Origin: the human T2T-CHM13v2.0 reference genome, Homo sapiens
Strand: one strand, 5' to 3'
Length of the DNA stretch: 64,000 bases
Assembly: GCF_009914755.1 (NCBI RefSeq)
Contig: NC_060929.1
A program made the translations under genes and the position numbers. Numbering within the stretch: the stretch's first letter is position 1; each line of letters begins with the position of its first letter. Shown piece after piece: positions 1 through 14,260 of this stretch. The notes under the pieces were generated by a model, which was given only the letters and a program-made list of their open reading frames with translations, did not search any database and was not told the origin of the DNA.

Positions 1-946
1 TCAGCTTTAATTTGCAGTCTTGAGAACCAGGGGAGCCAGTCCAAGGCTGAAGAGCTGAGAATCAAAGAACCAGGAGAGTAGGGGGAGGCACTTGAAAGAG
101 TGAAGATGTGGCCAGCCCAAATTATGTCAGATTAGTGTATTATTTCAAGCTGAAAACATTGGAGAAATTTTAGTTTCAGAAAGGTAAGTTGAATTGTCTC
201 TTCCTGCATGCAGCAAGTAATAAAGATTTCTCTGGTAAGAGTACCTTTCCCGTACTGCAGTAAGAAAATAGCCCTTATCACCAGAGACTTGGAATCGAAG
301 GCTGCGATGTACTGGAATAAGCATAGTTAATGAAGTAACCTTTATCTTCCACCTACTTAACCTCTGCCCACCCAAATATGTCTCCTACTGGCTCCCCTAG
401 AAAATTTTACCACCCTAAACATATTTTCTTTGTTACATCATTTCTTATCAAATGTATTGCTCTTTGTCTATAATGTTATAAAAGCATCTTGCTATGGCAA
501 CTTATTTGGATTTTACTCTCTTGTGAAGATCCACATGTACATGTAAAACCAATAACATTTGTGTAATTTTCTCTTATTTATCTGCTTGGTGTCAATTTGG
601 TCTCTAGATCCAGCTGAAGAGCCCACTAAAAATTGGGTCTTGAAGTAATGTCTGGCTCCCCTACATACACTGCTGTAAGTCGTGGAGTTGGGACTTTCAA
701 ATGTAGTAGAAAATAGGTGTCTCAGCTCAACAAGAGAGAGAGAATGTCACCCTTCTATCCATCTGCTCAACCGATTGAATGTTGCCTCCCTCTGACTCAC
801 ATTGGTGAGAGCAGCTTTTCTTTATTGTTCACTGATTTAAACGCTAATTTCTTCCACAAAGACCCTCATGGACTCACTCAGAAATAATGTTTTACCACGT
901 ATCTGGGCTACCTTAACCAAGTGACATATAAAATTAGCCATCACAG
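1..946 (-). mobile_element. MLT2-type (ERVL) LTR, split by a nested ERV1 LTR
   Basis: Ends in ...AAAATTAGCCATCACA, the reverse complement of the MLT2 start TGTGATGGTTAATTTT. MLT2-like body at 1-100 and 666-946. Confidence 0.7.
101..665 (+). mobile_element. MER34/MER39-family ERV1 solo LTR nested in MLT2
   Basis: Starts TGAAG..., contains TATTTCAAGCTGAAAACATTGGAGAA and ends in the family-typical CTCCCCTACA. Confidence 0.65.
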
Positions 947-1229
947 ATGGAAATTGGAAAAGAATTGAACACCTTAAATTAAGAGATAAGAGAAATACAA
1001 GATAGAACGCCAATAATTCTGTGCCTAGCTAGTAATTCTTTGTTAGATAAAACACTATATAGTAATGCAATGCAAAGTTTAAAGTATTAATTTACCAGTA
1101 TATGATTTGGGGAAATATGTTTATTAAAACTATACAGGAAAAAATTCTATATCTCTTTCCTTTGAGTTCTGTCTTGATAGTCTCCATACAACAATTAGAG
1201 ATCTTAGAAATTAGAAATGAAACAATGTC

Positions 1230-2005
1230 AATGCTCCACTCAAAACCATCCATTTTCTTACCATTTCATTCAGAATAAAGTACAAATTTTAAGGTCTTCA
1301 AATTGGTTCCTTGCTCTGGTCCTGAACCATCTCTCTGATCTCAACCTACCACCATCTTCACCTACCCTTTTCTGCTGGTGTCCAGCCTAGGCCAATGTTT
1401 CTCCTGTCTCACAGTCTTTGCACTTGTTCTCTCTCCCCGGATCACTATCTATCCAGGAAATGCATAGCTGATCTCTCCACTTTCCTTTGTTGTTGTTGTT
1501 GTTGTTTGTTGTTGTTGTTTGTTTGTTTGTTTTTTGAGACGAAGTCTCTGTCACCCTGGCTGGAGAGCAGTGGCACAATCTCAACTCACTGCAGCTTCTG
1601 CCTCCTGGGTTCTAGCAATTCTCCTGCCTCAGCCTCCCAAGTAGCTGGGACAACAGGTGTGCACCACCACTACAGGCTAATTTTTTATGTTTTTAATAGA
1701 GATGGGGTTTCACCATCTTGACCAGGCTGGTCTCAAACTCCTGACCTCAGGTGATCTGCCTGCCTCGGCCTCCCAAAGTTCTGGGATTGCAGGTGTGAGC
1801 CACCACACACGGTGATCTCTCCACTTTCCTAAGATCTCTTCAAATATCACTCTACCAGGAGGAGTTAGTCAAGCATCTGCAAAAAGGAATAAACCTCACC
1901 TTTTTATCAGCACTTACATTGTGACACTGAACATCACTCCATGAGAGCAGAGATTTTTTCCTTCTGTTTTTTGGTTTTTGTTTTTGTAACAGAACTAGGA
2001 ACATT
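1230..2005 (+). mobile_element. L2 3' fragment (degenerate), interrupted by an Alu
   Basis: L2-like motifs CAGAATAAAGTACAAA, TTTGCACTTGTT and CTCCATGAGAGCAGAGATT. Confidence 0.5.
1487..1812 (-). mobile_element. AluS (Sx/Sz-like); A-tail converted to (CAA)n/(CAAA)n
   Basis: Full Alu dimer with an 18-bp TSD TGATCTCTCCACTTTCCT at 1469-1486 and 1813-1830. Confidence 0.95.
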
Positions 2006-2008
2006 AGA

Positions 2009-2397
2009 TGTGTTATTTTCCTTGGGCTATCATAACAAAATACCATAAACTGGGTGGCTTAAATAAGATCAATTTGTTTTCTCAAAATTCTAGAGGCCAG
2101 AAGTTCCAAATCAAGATATGAGAGGGCCAGTTTCTGGTAAGAGCTCTCTCTCTCTCTCTGGCTTGCAGATGTGAGCCTTCTATCTGTGTCATGTGTCAGG
2201 GAGAGAGAAGTCAGGGAGACAGTTCTGATGTCTCTTACTATAAGGACACTAATCTATGAAATCAGAGCCCCATTTTTATGACCTCACTTAACCTTAACTA
2301 GTTTCCTAGAGGCTCCATCTCCAAATATGACCACACTAGGGGGTAGGGCTTCAAGTTATGAATTTGGGTGAAGGTCACAAACATTCAATTCAAAACA
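2009..2397 (-). mobile_element. MLT1A/B-type MaLR solo LTR
   Basis: CATAACAAAATACCATAAACTGGGTGGCTTAAA ... CACAAACATTCAATTCAAAACA. Confidence 0.8.
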
Positions 2398-2899
2398 ATA
2401 GAGATACTTTAAATGCACAGGGCTAGAAAAAAACTGAATTAAGTAATTATTGCTAATAAAACCATTAGGAAAAGAAGACACATATCTTAATGTGAACGCT
2501 AATTAAGACTTAGAGCTAAATGTTGCATATATTAGTTAGTAAAACCTTAGAGTTTTGAAATATGGAAGTAGAAGAAAGAGAAAGAACAGTTAAAATTTTC
2601 TTTGGAAAGTGAATGTTGAAAAAAGCATTTTAAATAGCTCATTTAATATAGTGACTTTGAACATGATAGGAAGAGAAAAGATAGAGGAGGACATAATATA
2701 TCTTTATACATATACAATAACATATAAACACATATTTCATTATGATCATAGGGAAGAAAATTATATAATATTCAAAAAAAGGTACAAGAGAAATTACCAG
2801 TAAATATAAAGATCAAATAAGAAGAATAGTATGTTGATCAAATTGGCAATAATTGGAAACAATAACAGGAGAAAACAATAGCATAAAGTAAATACATCT

Positions 2900-3500
2900 A
2901 AACTAGAATAAAGACAAAACAATGTTACATATGGTTTAATTCAGTGCTCATTAATAAATACCCTTAAAAATTAAAAATTATGCCAAATTAATTTCAAAAA
3001 CACCCAGTTACACATTGTTTACAAGAAATCCAATAAAACGAAATGCTAAAGAAAGAACACAAATAAAGAATATTGCCAAGACAGCTATTATAAGAAGATA
3101 AAAGGTACAATAATTCACAAAGAAGGTACACATCTCATCATGTATGCACAAAACCATGAAGAAGCTGAATGCATGAACAGAAATATTAAAGATGTAAAAT
3201 GTTAATCAATTATAATTACAGTTAGATATTTTAATAAATTTCTTCAGGATTTATTAATAATAGTAATTTCTAAAGAAAATAATTCAGAAACAAACTGGAT
3301 AATTAATCAGCTATAGTGAAACTGAACATGCAACTATGTATAAAATTAATTCCAAAGCTAAATGTGCTTGTCCATGATCAAATAATCAGCATCTTTCAAT
3401 TAAATTCACCATATAATTTTTCCAAAACAAATAATTTCCTAAATATTTACACTCATTCTTAAATATCAAACACGTACTTAATTAAAAGGCATGCAAAATA
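2900..3500 (+). mobile_element. Old L1 (L1M) ORF2 endonuclease-region fragment
   Basis: A-rich and heavily decayed. AAAGGTACAATAATTCACAAAGAAG...ATGTATGCAC resembles the 5' part of L1 ORF2. Confidence 0.45.
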
Positions 3501-3523
3501 AAAAAATTAAAAATTAAGATGTG

Positions 3524-3565
3524 TGTATTTTGTCAAGCTTCTCCGGAGAAAAAGCATCAATAGGA

Positions 3566-3600
<35 letters not shown>

Positions 3601-4017
3601 ACACACACACACACATGCACACACACACACACACATACATAAAAATGTTTATTATGAGAAAGATTATGAAGGCTGAGAAGTCACCCATCTACCCCTCTGC
3701 AATCTAGAGGCCTAGGAATGCCAATTATGTAGTTCTAGTCCAAGACAACAGGTCTGAGAACCCAAAAAGTCAATGGTATAAATCTTAATTCAAAGGCAGA
3801 AGACTGATGTCACAGTTCACCAGTCAGTCAGGAAGCAAAAGGGGATGAATTTCTCCTTTCTATACCTTTTCCTCTATTCAGGCCCTCAGCAGTTTGGATT
3901 ATGTTAAGCCACATTGGGGAAGACATTCTTCTACACCAAATCCACTCATTTAAATGCTAATATTGCCTGGAAATACCCTCGCACAAATACCCAGAAATAA
4001 TGTTTAACCTGGACGTC
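3524..4017 (-). mobile_element. MLT2-type LTR, truncated at the MSTA insertion
   Basis: TGTATT...CTCCGGAGAAAAAGCATCAATAGGA, GATTATGAAGGCTGAGAAGTC and CCAGAAATAATGTTTAACC. Confidence 0.8.
3567..3635. repeat. (CA)n microsatellite, interrupted
   Basis: Seen directly, at the usual MLT2 microsatellite-seed position. Confidence 0.95.
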
Positions 4018-6130
4018 TGTATTAGTCTGTTCTCACACTGCTGTAAAGAAATACTTGAGACTGAGTAATTTATGAAGAAAAGAGGTTTAACTGGCTCATG
4101 GTTCTGCAGGCTGTACAGGGAGTATAGTGACTTCTGCTTCTGGGGAGGCCTCAGGAAGCTTTCAAACATGTCAGAAGGCAAAGAGGGAATGAGGCACTTC
4201 ATATGGCTGAAATAGGAGAAAGAGCGAGAGAGGAGGTGCTACACACTTTTAAACAACCAGATCTCATGAGGACTCCCTCACTCACTATCATGCAAACAGC
4301 ACCAAGGAGATGTTGCTAGGCCATTCATGAAAACTCTGCCCTCATGACTGAACCACCTCCCACCAGGTCCCACCTTCCATATTGGGGATTACAATTGAAC
4401 ATGAGATATGAGTGGGGGCACAGATCCAAAGCATATCATTCTGCCTCTGGCCCCTCCCAAGTCTCATGTTCTTCTCACATTGCAAAATCCAATCATACCT
4501 TCCCAATAATCCCTCAAAGCCTTAACTTATTTCTAACATTAACTCAAAAGTCCAAAGTCCAAAGTCTCATCTGAGACAAGTTTAGTCCCTTCTGCCTATG
4601 AGCCTGTAAAATCAAAAATAAGTTAGTTTCCTCCAAAATATAAAGGGGTTATAGGCATTGGGTAAATGTTTCCATTCCAAAAGGAAGAAATCTGTCAAAA
4701 GAAAAGGGCTACAGGCTCCAAGCAAGTCTGAAACCCAGCAAGAAAGTCATTAAACCTTAAAGCTCCAAATTAATCTCCTTTGACTTCATGTCTCACATCC
4801 GGGGAACATTGAGGCAAGGGGTGGGCTCCCAAGGGCTTGGGCAGCTCTGCCTCTGTGGTTCTGCAGGGTTCAGGCTCTATAGCTGCTCTGGAGGGCTGCT
4901 GTTGAGCTCCTGTGACTTTTCCAGGTACAGGATGCAAGCTGCCAGTGGATCTACCATTCTTTGGGGTTTGGAGAACAGTGGCCCTCTTCTCACAGCTTCA
5001 CTAGGCAGTGCCCCCATGGGGACTCTGCATGGGGTCTGCAACCCCACATTTCCCCCTCTGCACTGCCCTAGTAGAGGTTCTCCATGAGGGTTCCACCTCT
5101 GCAGCAGGCTGCTGCCTGGACATCAGGGCTTTTTGATAAATCCTCTGAAATATAGGTGGAGGCTCCCAATCCTCAACTTTTGCATTCTGTGCACCCAGAT
5201 GCTTAACACCATGTGGAAACCAACAAGGCTCACAAGCTGGCATCCTCTGAAGCAGTGGCCCAAGCTGTCCCTGGGCTCATTTGAGTCATGGATGGAGCTG
5301 GAATGACTGGGATGTGGGGAGCATTGTCTTGAAGCTGCTCAGGACAGCACATCCTCAGCCTGGCCCATGGAACTATTCTTACCTCCCAAACCTCTGGGTC
5401 TGTGATGGGAGGGGTTATCATGAAGGTCTCTGAAATGCTTTCAAGGCCTATTTCCCAGTGTCTTTTGTATCAGCATTTGCCTTTCTTTTAATTATGCAAA
5501 TTAATGCAGCCTGCTTCAAACCCTCCACCTGAAAATGGGCTTTTCTTTTCTACCACATGGCCAGGTTGCAAATTTTTCAAACTTTTACATTCTGCTTCCG
5601 TTTTAAACATAAGTTTCTGTTTCAGGTCATTTTTTTGCTCATCTGTATGAGCTATGTTTTTAGAAGCAGCCAGGCTGCTTCAAGAATGCTTTGCTGCTTA
5701 GAAATACCTTCCACCCCCTAAATCATCAATCTCAAGTTCAAAGTTTCACAGATCCCTAGAGCAGGGACACAATGCAACTAAGTTCTTTGCTAATGCATAA
5801 CAAAAGTGACCTTTGCTCCAATTCCCAGTAAGTTCTTCATCTCCATCTGAGACTTCATCAGCCTAGTCTTTATTGTCCATATCACTATCAGTATTTGGGT
5901 CACAACAATTTAACCAGTCTCTAGGGTGTTTCAAATTTTCTCTCATCTCCCTGTCTTCTTCTGAGCCCTTCACACTCTTCTAACCTCTGCTGATTACCTA
6001 GTTCCAAAGCTGCTTCCACAATTCAAGTAGTGTTATATGAATGCACTGCTCTTTTGTACCAGTTTTCTGTGTTAGTCCATTCTCACTGATATTAAAAAAA
6101 ATAGCTGAAACTGGGCAATTTATAAAGAAA
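4018..6130 (-). mobile_element. MSTA-type MaLR provirus: 3' LTR 4018-4438, internal 4439-6067, residual 5' LTR 6068-~6130
   Basis: LTR runs TGTATTAGTCTGTTCTCACACTGC...CATATCA, followed by a ~1.6-kb MST/THE1-type internal region. A second TGTGTTAGTCCATTCTCAC start breaks off after ~65 bp. Confidence 0.88.
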
Positions 6131-6223
6131 CAAATTTAAAGTGGTATGATTTGAATAAGATTCTTCATCTATTACTGATTTGTGACAGTTATACAGATGA
6201 TTTCAATATAAATAAATGAGATA

Positions 6224-6673
<450 letters not shown>

Positions 6674-7667
6674 TCATTTAAACAAGAGACAGTTATATGG
6701 CCTTGCTCGTAAACTGAGTAGCCGTAATGGAGAGAATTTAGGGTCTATTTTTTCAGACTCTAAATTTATAAAATATAGAAGATATTCTTGCAAATTGCCA
6801 TTTTATAATCCTCCTCATATTCTTGTCTTGAGCATTGATTCAAACCATGAAGTATGATCAAAATGCATAACTGTAAAATTGGAAACAAATAGCACTTTCC
6901 CTTTTGTGAAATTAAGTTCCATTTTTAAAGTGTTATTTACTATTTTCTCAAATTTTGGCTTTTCGACATTAGCCGATTTTCTTGGGGGTAAGTGCTATGA
7001 ATGGAAAGAAACTGTATAATTTCCAGATCAGGAGAGACATACTCTATCTTTTTTGGCAATAAAATTTGTAATTTTACTGTATTTAGAGAGTTTCAATAAA
7101 AGGGAAGCAATAAGAGAAGATAATTTAAGGGGATTAATAATTTTTCAAATGCCAGAGGCCAAATTATAATCAAGTTTTTATACATTTAGTTAATTAATAC
7201 TTGGAAACAGGCTTAATTTATGTGGAATTTAGAGCACTTTTAATAGGTTAGACACATGTAATTTCCTCTAGTACCTATAATCATCTTGATGCATAATTTG
7301 CATGGATTAGGATGAAGATAAATGATCTGGAAAAGCATTACATATCCAAAATTCTTGCTAAATGTTTCTGCCAATGTTCAAGTTTCTTGAAGAGCACTCG
7401 AGTTCTCTTACTTCATTTTTAAGAGCCTTATATAATGATTTATCAATAAGACTAAGTATAATGTTAATATATTAAATAGAAATAATCTATTTGTTATTTA
7501 GAGAAGGCATTATAGACATAAAAATAAATTTCTTCGCAGAAAACCAGGTCCTATTGTATTCAACCATGGAAGAAAATAAAGCTCAGTTGCTGTGTTTAGA
7601 AAATGTGCATGCGGTTGGTAGCATAAGATTTGTTCAACAGCAATTAAAATGTGTGTTAAGCCAATAT

Positions 7668-7812
7668 GATCTCACTCATCATGAATGGCACTAAGCAATT
7701 CATGAGAGATTTACCTTGATGTTCCAATCACCTCCTACCAGGTCCCACCTCCAATGCTGGCAATCACATTTCAACATGAGATTTGGAGGGGACAAACATC
7801 CTAACCATATCA
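7668..7812 (-). mobile_element. MST-type LTR fragment
   Basis: CCAGGTCCCACCTCCAA...GAGATTTGGAGGGGACAAACATCCTAACCATATCA. Confidence 0.8.
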
Positions 7813-8608
7813 AGTATAAAGTATCATTAGTTTTAGAATGACTTGGGAGAGTTATGCACTTGTAATATTTGGACTGGTCTCCAGTTTTGGGGTCAGAAAT
7901 GTTAGCTAATGTGCTGTCTAATTCAGAGACTACCTAGAGGAGTTATTCTTAGTGGGTTGAGTTCTGGAACGTTCCATCTGAGGAATAAACTACTCTCTAT
8001 TATATTCACCATAGTATTATATTCCTCACTATAGGGAGTGAAATTCTCATCATATTCTGTGATGTTTTTAATTCCTCTTTCTCTTTGGCATTTCAATAAA
8101 AACTAAGAAAGCCTTTAAGAAATATCTAGCCTATTATTATGTTTCTATCTTAACCATAAAAATTTTGTTGGTTTAAAACACTATTAAAATAATAGCTTTG
8201 ATCCATTTTATACTTCTACACATTCCATTCCTTGCCCCAAATTTAACCATGGGCCCAATTTTTTGCTTCTTCTCAAAAGTTGGCCATTTATTTCTTCATC
8301 TAACAACTGGCATAGAATTAAACTGCTCTTCATTTGAACTCACAATTCTTCCTTTCTCAAAATATTCAACCGTACTACTCACTGTCCCTCTTACTTGCCA
8401 GGATTAAACTCTGATGCCACATTATGTTATGGCAATAAAAGCTTCAAACTAAAATTTAACCTGTTTTTCTGTTAGCTACTTCCTTTCAGTCAGCAGAAAT
8501 GAGAGAGAAAAATGACAAACAAACAGTGCTCAGACAGAAATCTCCACATTCTCATCTTCTTTCTGCATGCCAAATTATGGAAAAGATTCAGTTTACCTTA
8601 GCTGTTGG

Positions 8609-10033
8609 TGAGAGGTGACAGCGTGCTGGCAGTCCTCACAGCCCTCGCTCGCTCTCCGCGCCTCCTCTGCCTGGGCTCCCACTTTGGTGGCACTTGAGGA
8701 GGCCTTCAGCGCACCGCTGCACTGCGAGAGCCCCTTTCTGGGCTGGCCAAGGCCGGAGCCAGCTCCCTCAGCTTCTAGGGAGGTGTGGAGGGAGAGGCGC
8801 GAGCGGGAACCCGGCCTGCGCGCGGCGCTTGCGGGCCAGCTGGAGTTCCGGGTGGGCGTGGGCTTGGCGGGCCCGGCACTTGGAGCAGCCGGCCGGCCCT
8901 GCCGGCCCCGGGCAATGAGGGGCTTAGCACCCAGGCCAGCGGCTGCGGAGGGTGTACTGGATCCCCCAGCAGTGCCAGCCCACCAGCGCTGCGCTCGATT
9001 TCTCACCGGGCCTTGGCTGCCTTCCCGCAGGGCAGGGCTTGGGACCTGCAGCCCGCCATGCCTGAGCCTCCCACGCCCTCCACGGGCTCCCGTGCCCTCC
9101 GAGCCTCCCCGATGAGCGCCGCCCTCTGCTCCACGGCGCCCAGTCCCGTCGACCACCCAAGGGCTGAGGAGTGCGGGCGCAGGGCGCCGGACTGGCAGGC
9201 AGCTCTATCTGCAGCCCTGGTGCGCGATCCACTGGGTGAAGCCACCTGGGCTCCTGAGTCTGGTGGGGACGTGGAGAACATTTATGTCTAGCTCAGGGAT
9301 TGTAAACGCACCAATCGGCACTCTGTATCTAGCTCAAGGTTTGTAAACACACCAATCAGCACCCTGTGTCTAGCTCAGAGTTTGTGAATGCACCAATCCA
9401 CACTCTGTATCTAGCTACTCTGGTGGGGCCTTGGAGAACCTTTGTGTCCATACTCTATCTAGCTAATCTGGTGGTGAGGTGGAGAACCTTTGTGTCTAGC
9501 TAAGGGATCATAAACGCACCAATGGGCGCCCTGTCAATGAGACCACTCGGCTCTACCAGTCAGCAGGACGTGGGTGGGGCCAGATAAGAATAAAAGCAGG
9601 CTGCCAGAGCCGGCAGTGGCAACCAGCTCGGGTCCCTTTCCACACTGTGGAATCTTTGTTCTTTCACTCTTTGCAGTATATCTTGCTACTGCTCACTCTT
9701 TGGGTCCACACTGCTTTTATGAGCTGTAACACTCACCGCGAAGGTCTGCAGCTTCACTCCTGAGCTAGCGAGACCACGAACCCACCGGGAGGAACGAACA
9801 ACTCCAGACGCGCTGCGTTAAGAGCTGTAACACTCACCGCGAAGGTCTGCAGCTTCACTCCTGAGCCAGCGAGACCACGAACCCACCAGAAGGAAGAAAC
9901 TCGTAAACCCATCCGAACATCAGAAGGAACAAACTCCAGATGCGCTACCTTGAGAGCTGTAACACTTACCGCCAGGGTCCGCGGCTTCATTCTTGAAGTC
10001 AGTGAGACCAAGAACCCACCAATTCCGGACACA
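8609..10033 (+). mobile_element. LTR12C (HERV9/ERV9) solo LTR, ~1.4 kb, CpG-rich
   Basis: Starts TGAGAGGTGACAGCGTGCTGGCAGTCC and ends CCAATTCCGGACACA. Has ~40-bp U3 CCAAT repeats and U5 repeats. The 4-bp flanks are TTGG and CTGG. Confidence 0.97.
9285..9610 (+). promoter_or_regulatory. ERV9 LTR U3 enhancer/promoter: CCAAT (NF-Y) repeats, GC-box-like GGGTGGGGC, GATA site and AATAAAA TATA-like element
   Basis: Repeated CACCAAT(C)...TCTAGCT units, and GTGGGTGGGGCCAGATAAGAATAAAAGCAGG at ~9570-9600. This is the established ERV9 promoter architecture. Confidence 0.8.
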
Positions 10034-10112
10034 CTGGGAGTGTAGTCTCTATGTCTCAAGAATTTAGCAAGATATTGATAAAATTTGGAGGAGGAAGACA
10101 TCACAGGGATAG

Positions 10113-10582
<470 letters not shown>

Positions 10583-11755
10583 TCATAAACTCAGCTGATC
10601 TGTTTGTCTAGCTCCTCTGTTACCTCTCTTTTGCCATGAATATTTTATTTACAAGATTCCATCAGCAGAATGGATGCTTTGTTTTCTTTTATAGGCTAGA
10701 TCAAGCTCACATAGATATCTTACATTCTGGGAGGTGAGTTTCAATGCTGCTCAATTTGCATTATATTATTACGGTTCTAATCCATAAAAATAGGTTTAAA
10801 AAAAGGAAATTGTATACAAAGGATGTTTGAAATTGTATGTGTTCTCAAACACATGTATTCATCTCCATTCAAAACAACTAGTTAGGAACTAAAGGCAGGT
10901 AAGTGAGATATGCCTTACTCTTTTGTCCCTGTCGTCACACAAAGCCATCCTGTCCCCAATAGCCTCTCTGAGTGAGAATTACTTCTCTCACATTGATTAA
11001 GTAAGGTTTAGACCCATGAGGCTTTCCCGGTAAAGACCCAGAATAATGAAGGCAGAATATACAGAATTGTATTTAATGCTCTATCACATATGAGACATTT
11101 GAGTATTTGGAAATATTAGCTGGACCTTATGAAACTGCTGCTTTTGTAGGTCAAAATTGCCCAAATACCAGTAATTTCATGCAGTTTAAATTAATAAATC
11201 AAAAATGAAATCACTCTTTAGAGTAGGTCTACATGGAAAAACTTGAGGGTTGACGAATTGTTTTTATTTAGAATCCTAATACAGCAAGAAACTTTAAACT
11301 TACACACACACGTATACACACAAATACATACATGTATATATAATTTTTGCTTTAATATACGTTCAATTCTACTTTTACTTTTGAAGACACCTTTAATTTA
11401 TAGATGTTTCTTTCATATAAAAAAGTTTAGAGTGCTATGATTTTACCAAATCAAAGATTCTATTGCTTGTAAAAAGGTACTTTAATTTCTGCATTAAAAA
11501 TAAAAAGAAAAATCATTATTTTTTGTACTACAGAATGAGAGCATTGATAATGCAGTATTTCTTGGAATATGGCTCCTGCATTTTCCCTGGACTTTGTTTC
11601 AAGACACTTACTCACATATTCACATTTTTAAAATTTGGTTTACTTCCTTATCTTTTCAGAAGGGAAACTTACGTGTATTTATGTAGTTAAAATATAGACA
11701 AATTAATTTAAAAACCAGTAAATATGTATTTTTAAAAAGCACAGATAGGTACCCT

Positions 11756-12571
11756 TGTTTATTCTACTGGGCTCCTATAACAAAATCCCATGGACTGGGT
11801 GGCTTATAACAACAGAAATTTATTTCTTACAGTTTTAGAGCCTGGGAAGTTCAATATCTAGGCACCAGCAGATTTGGTGTCTGGTGTGGGCCTGCTTTCT
11901 GGTTCAGGGATGACTATCTTCTCCCTGCATCTTCACATGACAGAAAGGACAAGGGAGCTCTCTCAGTTCCATTTATAAAAGCAGTCCTGTTCTTGAGGGC
12001 TTGATGAGTCCTGCTACAAGAAGGACGCCAAAGAACACAGCAGTTCTATGTTGTTAATCCACTGCATAATTTGTAGGTGTCAAGATTACCAAGACACTTA
12101 AACACAGGCATTGAATGGAACAACACTCAACTTACACGGAGAAGAGGAGACAGCAAAATCAGCTTCAATAGTAAGTACAAGTCCGCCATGGCTAGCCAGT
12201 CTGGTACTGCAACCAATGTAGAGAGATAGTCTGAACTACCCGTCTTGTGCTGTCTCGATATATTGGAAAAAAAACTCTGACCCCTTTTCCTCTCCATTAG
12301 GAACATAGTGGTGGAGTTCACTAGGTGTCCTATGATGCACACAGAAGTGGAACAAAGAAATACACATCAAACCCAATATAGGAAGAAATATTTCCAAATA
12401 AGGAGATATGCTCAGCAAAGACTCTGAGGGCTCATATCTCCATGCTAAAAATGTTTCAGGCTCACGTCACATCCTTAAGCAACCATACAAGGATTGACAG
12501 GCTGTGAATGAATGCCCTTTCCAACAACTATGGGTTAGAACTTTGGTGGGGACACAATTCAGCCCACAACA
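11756..12571 (-). mobile_element. MLT1A-type LTR split by a ~525-bp insert
   Basis: Body at 11756-12001; the terminal GGGGACACAATTCAGCCCACAACA resumes at ~12527-12571. Confidence 0.75.
12002..12526 (-). mobile_element. Unclassified LTR-like insert (possibly ERVL-class)
   Basis: On the - strand it begins TGTTGGAAAG and ends CTCATCA (TG...CA). It is LTR-sized and interrupts MLT1A. Confidence 0.4.
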
Positions 12572-13651
12572 GGTGGTGAGAAATATTACATATATAATAA
12601 TTCACAATTATTGCTTGTCTCCACAGTATGACATGCTTCTCTTTATGTTGAGTATACTGCTAGTGAACTTTCACCTTGGCCATGAGATTTTGTTGTGCAG
12701 TGGAGTGTGCATAGATGAAATATGCTACGTGACAAATCATAATCTTTTAATGCACTCACGTGTTCTGCCTCTGTCTCTTGAAATTCTGCCCTCTGCCATG
12801 CATACCACATATCGTCTATCAGGGTTGCTCCTTCAGCATGCATTCTGGAAAGAAACGGCTTGTGAAGAATAGCAGTGCTGGCAGAACTCAGCAAAACAAC
12901 ATCTAATCTGCAACCATCGTTTAATGCGATTGATAAATACATACTTGTTTCTGTCAGTCTTAAAGTATTGGTGTTGTTTGTTTCCACAGTCAGAGTTGCC
13001 TAATAGTGAGACGTATACAAAAATGGGGAGCTGCCACAGCAAACACCTAAAATATGTCACATAAGCTGTGGTTCTTGGTACAAATTAACAAGAAAAGGCT
13101 ATTCAGTTTTTTAAGATGTCAACCCATATTATGTATCACAAAAACTTTGTGTATGACTAAAACCTATAAAAATTTGAAAAGCGAAGCTGTCAAATAAATA
13201 TGTGGCTTTGGATAATGAGATTTTACTCAAAATAGAATATTGGTAGCATTAGTTGATTATTATTAGCTGCCTTTGATAAATATTATAAAAATTAGTTTAA
13301 CTCAGAAATAAAGGAATTTTTGTAATCTGGGTTAAAAAGAAATTGAAAGGATGTAGACAATTAGGACTAGAAGGACAGATTTGAATACATACTTCTTGTC
13401 AATTCTAGGCAGTAAAAGATTTTTTAAAAATCAAGGATGTGATGATTACATCCTTCATTAAAATATCTGATTGGATTAATGTTGCACTTGGAAATTCTCC
13501 TCAATCAAACACAATGGCTCTAGGAAAAAAACAGCAAAGATATTATCTCATGGGCTTTTGAGAAGCTAAAGATGTCTCTCATCATATAGAGAGAATCACG
13601 TGGCTATAAGCAATTGGAGCTAATTGTATTCAACTAGAAAAAAAATTGTTA

Positions 13652-13978
<327 letters not shown>

Positions 13979-14214
13979 TCACTCTATACAGGAGTGAGTT
14001 AGGAGCCACAGAGACCAATGCTCCTGGGAGCTCATTCTAGGATGAACCAGAACCTATGCAAAGACTATTTCATTCATCAAGAAGATAACTTCTGCCAGAT
14101 TTTCAACACGGCTATTCACAAGTGACCTGTATCTGTCTACTATTTTCTTCTTTCCAAATGTGAGAATTTGAGAGTGTATGTAGTTGTCTTACTCCTGTTT
14201 CATCATTCTATGTG

Positions 14215-14215
<1 letters not shown>

Positions 14216-14259
<44 letters not shown>
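14216..14259. repeat. (TG)n microsatellite, ~22 units
   Basis: Seen directly. Confidence 0.97.

Positions 14260-14260
<1 letters not shown>

Noticed and set aside
8593-9291. Six overlapping ORFs of 74-187 aa on both strands
   Set aside because: They lie almost entirely in GC-rich LTR12C U3. Stop-poor composition explains them and there is no recognisable domain.
9285-10000. CRISPR-like repeat-spacer pattern (also 28030-28730 and 26691-26930)
   Set aside because: These are the tandem U3/U5 and leader repeats of ERV9. There are no unique spacers or cas genes, and the context is eukaryotic.
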